From an uncultured Acidobacteriota bacterium (GTDB taxonomy: Bacteria > Acidobacteriota > Vicinamibacteria > Vicinamibacterales > CAVVIG01), in assembly GCA_963794305.1 (NCBI GenBank), contig CAWCDQ010000045.1, forward strand, positions 64,138 to 128,137: 64,000 nucleotides of DNA, in the 5' to 3' direction. The notes below the pieces were generated by a model, which worked only from the letters and a program-made list of their open reading frames with translations, searched no databases and had not been told where the DNA came from. How positions within the stretch are numbered: position 1 is the first letter of the stretch; every line of letters starts with the position of its first letter. Positions 60,478-64,000 of the stretch are shown one piece after another. Both the position numbers and the translations under genes were made by a program.

Positions 60478-61215
60478 ATGATGCGTGCGCTCGCGATCCT
60501 CGCTCCTGGCCGCGCAGACGGCGGCGTCGCCCATCGCTGGATGTCTCCTCGCTGACTGTTTCGTCACCGACGCTCGTCTGCGAGCTCGACATGAATCAGC
60601 TGAAGGGCGAGCTGCGCCGGCTTTCGTTGTCGCCGGACGGCCGCAACATCCACGTGCAGACCGCCGAGATCGGCGTCGCTCAGCACGACTACATCGTCAC
60701 GATGCCGGACGGCGTCGTCAGCCTCGCGTTTGGCGAGCCGGAGTGGGCGGCCGCGTACTGGGCGATGAAGTCGGACATGGCGGCGCCGGGCATTCCGTCG
60801 CTGCGGCTCGAGGTGCAGCAGGACAACCGGCGCACGCGTCCGACGCCGTTCACCGGCGGCACCGCCAACGGCGGCGCGTACACGCCCGACGTCAGGAATC
60901 CGGTCGATGCCTTCGAGTCGGAAGTCACGCTGCGTCTGCTCGGCGTGCAGCTCGGCAACTGGATCAACGGCGCGCCGATGGCTGGTGAAACCTTCGGCTG
61001 GGGGCCTGCGGGCAGCGGCGCGATCGTGTTCGTCGGATCCGGCGAACGGCTCACGCTGATGGATCAGGCAGGCGCGACGGAAGGTTGTCGCCACGATCAA
61101 GGGCGCGTCGATGCCCGCGTGGTCGAGCGACGGCACGCGGCTCGCGTTCCTGCAGAAGGCCGGGAGGAAGCGCTACCGGCTCATGACCGCGGCAGTCGGG
61201 CGTGCTACGATCTAG
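60478..61215 (+). CDS. Hypothetical secreted protein, tandem paralog B (three apparent frameshifts)
   Basis: ATG 60478 with frame changes at about 60503, 60535 and 61080. ...LDVSSLTVSSPTLVCELDMNQLKGELRRLSLSPDGRNIHVQTAE...MPAWSSDGTRLAFLQKAGRKRYRLMTAAVGRATI* is colinear with paralog A. Confidence 0.5.
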
Positions 61216-61220
61216 AGTTC

Positions 61221-62368
61221 ATGGACTTCCGGCCGACCGAAGAGCAGGAACTGCTGCGCCGCACGGTGCGGGAGTTCGCCGAAACCGAAATCCGCCCGCA
61301 CATCCGCGAATGGGATGAGGAGTCAGCGCTTCTCCGCCGACCTGATGCCGAAGCTGGCGGCGCTCGGCCTGCTCGGCATTCAGTATCCCGAGCAGTACGG
61401 CGGCGCCGGCATGTCGGCGATCGACTATTGCATCTGCATCGAGGAGCTCGCGCGCGTCGATCCGAGCATCGCGTTGTCGGTCGCCGCGCACAACGGCCTC
61501 TGCGCGTCGCACATCTTCCTGTTCGGTTCCGACGACCAGAGAACGCAGTTCCTCGCGCCGCTCGCCCGCGGCGAGAAGCTTGGCGCGTGGGGTCTGACCG
61601 AATCGACGTCCGGGAGCGACGCGGCGAACATGCGCACCACCGCCGCGCGCGCCGGCGAGTGCTGGGTGATCAACGGATCCAAGACGTTCATCACGCACGG
61701 GCGGATCTCCGACGTGATGGTGGTGATGGCGGTCACCGACCGCACGGCCGGCCGCAAGGGCGTCTCGGCGTTCATCGTCGAGCGGGGCAACCCGGGCATG
61801 TCGCCCGGCAAGAAGGAAGACAAGCTCGGCATGCGCGCCAGCGACACGAGCGAGGTGCTGTTCGACAACTGCCGTATTCCCGCGGATCGGCTCGTCGGCG
61901 TCGAAGGCGAAGGCTTCATCAACACGATGCAGGTGCTCGACGCCGGGCGCATCGGCATCGCGGCGCTGTCGGTCGGGCTCGCGCAGGGCGCGTACGAGGC
62001 GGCGCTGCGCTACGCGCGCGAGCGCAAGTCGTTCGGCAAGACCGATCTCCGGCTTCCAGGCGATTCAGTGGAAGCTCGCGGACGCGGCGACGAAGATCGA
62101 AGCGGCGCGGCTGCTGACGTATCGCGCGGCCTACCTGAAAGGGCGCGGCGCGCGGACTTCGCTCGAGTCGTCGATGGCCAAGCTCTACGCGAGCGAGATC
62201 GCGGTGAAGGTCGCCGACGACTGTGTCCAGATTCACGGCGGCTACGGCTTCGTGAAGGACTACCCGGCCGAGAAATACTTCCGCGACGTCAAGCTGACCA
62301 CCATCGGCGAAGGGACGAGCGAGATCCAGCGTCTCGTCATCGCTCGCCAGCTCCTGTCGCACTCGTGA
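61221..62368 (+). CDS. Acyl-CoA dehydrogenase (two apparent frameshifts)
   Basis: ATG 61221 ([34 protein letters not shown]), extra base about 61323, ORF 61315.. ([18 protein letters not shown]...), extra base about 62054, then ORF 62174..62368 frame ([24 protein letters not shown]...[23 protein letters not shown]). Confidence 0.85.
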
Positions 62369-63353
62369 CGCCCACGCTCGCCGAGAGGCTCCTGGCGGGC
62401 GATCCGCGCGCGATCGCGCGCGCGATTTCCCTCATCGAGGACGAGGATCGCTCGGCGGCCGATCTGGTGCGCGCGATCTTCGCTCACACGGGCCGTGCGT
62501 ACCTGATTGGCGTCACGGGCCCTCCCGGCGCCGGCAAGAGCACGCTCGTCGATCGGCTGATCACGAACCTGAAGAAACCGCAGAGACCGCAAAGCACGCA
62601 GAGTGAAGAAACCATCGTCGTCGATCTCGTCGATCGGTGTGATCGCCGTCGATCCGACAAGCCCGTTCACCGGCGGCGCGGTGCTCGGCGATCGACTGCG
62701 GATGCAGGCACACGCGTCGGATCGCTGGCGTGTTCATCCGCAGCATGGCGACCCGCGGACATCTGGGCGGCCTCGCGCGCGCGACAGGCGACGCGGCCCT
62801 CGTGCTCGACGCGGCCGGCAAGGACGTGGTGATCATCGAGACCGTCGGCGTCGGACAGGACGAAGTGGACATCATCCGCACTGCCGACGTCTCGATCGTC
62901 ACGCTGGTGCCGGGCACGGGCGACGAGGTGCAGGCGCTCAAGGCCGGCATCATGGAGATCGCCGACATCTTCGTCGTGAACAAGGCGGACCGGGAAGGGG
63001 CCGAGCGCCTCGTGTCGGCGGTCGAGTCGAACCTCGCGCTCCATCCGTATGCGAACGGAGAATGGCGGCCGCCGATTCTGAAGACCGTCGCCACGACGGG
63101 GCAGGGCATTGCGGAGGTCGTGGACCGCATCGCGGCGTTTCGCGCGCATTCGCAGGCGGCGCAGGCCGCGCGCCGGAAGACACGAAGCGAGTACCGCCTG
63201 CGGGAGCTCGTGTCGCAGCGGTTCATGGATCATCTCGAACGGCAGGTGCTGACGCCAGGCGAACTCGGCGCGATCGTCGACCGCATCGCGGCGCGAGAGG
63301 TCGATCCGTACACGGCGGCGAACGACCTGCTGACCCGCGCGATTGGACGCTGA
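62365..63353 (+). CDS. meaB: Methylmalonyl-CoA-mutase-associated GTPase MeaB/ArgK (34-nt insertion plus a second frame break)
   Basis: GTG 62365 overlaps the ACAD stop. P-loop [13 protein letters not shown] frame change is caused by the 62571-62613 repeat, followed by [30 protein letters not shown]. An extra base at about 62718 leads into ORF 62730..63353 ([15 protein letters not shown]...[10 protein letters not shown]). Confidence 0.85.
62571..62613. repeat. 25-nt word-type insert flanked by a perfect 9-bp direct repeat inside meaB
   Basis: GAAGAAACC-gcagagaccgcaaagcacgcagagt-GAAGAAACC. Removing one repeat plus the insert (34 nt, +1 in frame terms) restores the MeaB reading frame. Confidence 0.8.
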
Positions 63354-63370
63354 GTGCCGAGCCACTGACA

Positions 63371-63442
63371 ACTCACGAAAGACACGAAGCAAGAAGACCT
63401 CTGTTCACTGTTTCGTGGCGTTGTTTTCGTGCGTTTCGTGAT
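63371..63442. repeat. Word-repeat hairpin, CACGAA(A/G)A family
   Basis: actcacgaaagacacgaagcaagaag / acctctgttcactg / tttcgtggcgttgttttcgtgcgtttcgtgat. Confidence 0.75.
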
Positions 63443-63455
63443 CCCGGGTCGTCAG

Positions 63456-63893
63456 ATGAAAGCTATTCTCGATCACGTCGGCATCGCGGTAAAGGACCTC
63501 GCGGCGGCGCTCGCGTTCTATCGCGACGCGCTCGGTCTCGAGATCGAAGCGCCCGAAGACGTCGCGTCGCAGCGCGTCCGCGCGCATTTTCTGCCGGTGG
63601 GCGAGGCCAAGCTCGAGCTGCTCGAAGCGACCGCGCCCGATTCGCCGATCGCGAAGTACACGGACAAGCGCGGCCCCGGGCTGCATCACATCACGCTGCG
63701 CGTCGACGACATTCGACGCCGCGCTCGCCCAGCTCCAGGCGCGCGGCGCGCGGCTGATCGACGAGCAGCCGAGGCCCGGCGCGGAACACTCGCTGGTCGC
63801 CTTCGTTCACCCCTCGAGCGCTCACGGCGTGCTCGTCGAGCTGAAGCAGTCGCCAGTCGTCAGCCATCAGCCAGTCAGCCATCAGCCGCATGA
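63456..63893 (+). CDS. Methylmalonyl-CoA epimerase (VOC/glyoxalase fold; apparent frameshift, 3' end unclear)
   Basis: MKAILDHVGIAVKDL... at 63456 in ORF 63429..63893. An extra base at about 63714 separates HHITLRVDDI from DAALAQLQARGARLIDEQPRPGAEHSLVAFVHPSSAHGVLVELKQ. In the corrected frame no stop occurs before the window end. Confidence 0.75.
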   Translation: MKAILDHVGIAVKDLAAALAFYRDALGLEIEAPEDVASQRVRAHFLPVGEAKLELLEATAPDSPIAKYTDKRGPGLHHITLRVDDIRRRARPAPGARRAADRRAAEARRGTLAGRLRSPLERSRRARRAEAVASRQPSASQPSAA

Positions 63894-64000
63894 CACGGCC
63901 GTCAGGCGATATGCGCTCGGGGATTTGGAGCTCATATCGCTCTGTGACGGCCTGATCCGCCTGGACGGCGGAGCGATGTTCGGTATCGTGCCGAAACCGC
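63890..64000 (+). CDS. 5' end of an MBL-fold metallo-hydrolase-like gene (partial, probable frame break near 63908)
   Basis: ATG 63890 (MTRPSG) lies in one frame. YALGDLELISLCDGLIRLDGGAMFGIVPKP lies in the adjacent frame and runs off the window. Confidence 0.4.

Overview
High-GC bacterial chromosomal window, by eye about two-thirds G+C. The gene content and three tandem VWFA-type paralogs suggest Acidobacteriota, which is inference only. Most of it is densely packed housekeeping: rluB, cmk, rpsA, ihfB, gdhA, a split methylmalonyl-CoA mutase, valS, nadC-birA-coaX, argS, lnt, prfB (with its programmed +1 frameshift), murJ, PBP1A, dnaK-dnaJ-hspR, hemW, and acyl-CoA dehydrogenase/meaB/epimerase. 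No rRNA, tRNA, CRISPR array, transposase or integrase was recognised. Three things stand out. (1) At 29.1-36.6 kb lies an accessory, divergently organised cassette. It contains an unlisted 50-codon ORF ending in a double-glycine leader plus a 7-residue cargo (...SELRNVVGG|LKRNPLG) and a divergent SelO/YdiU-like kinase-fold protein. It also contains a parvulin-like protein, a C39-peptidase ABC exporter with two N-terminal cyclic-nucleotide-binding domains, and an HlyD adaptor. I do not recognise this combination as a described peptide system. (2) Almost every gene boundary carries an imperfect hairpin built from short tandem words of 7-9 nt. At least eight word families recur, there are additional GC-rich REP-like palindromic elements, and copies sit inside three coding regions (27.3 kb, hemW, meaB). 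(3) About 40 single-nucleotide indels, mostly +1 insertions, break otherwise conserved genes, including essential ones. They cluster at 11-15 kb and 37-64 kb, so they are more likely consensus errors than real pseudogenes. They also create fused or antisense giant ORFs in the supplied track. All functional calls rest on motif recognition by eye; no searches were run.
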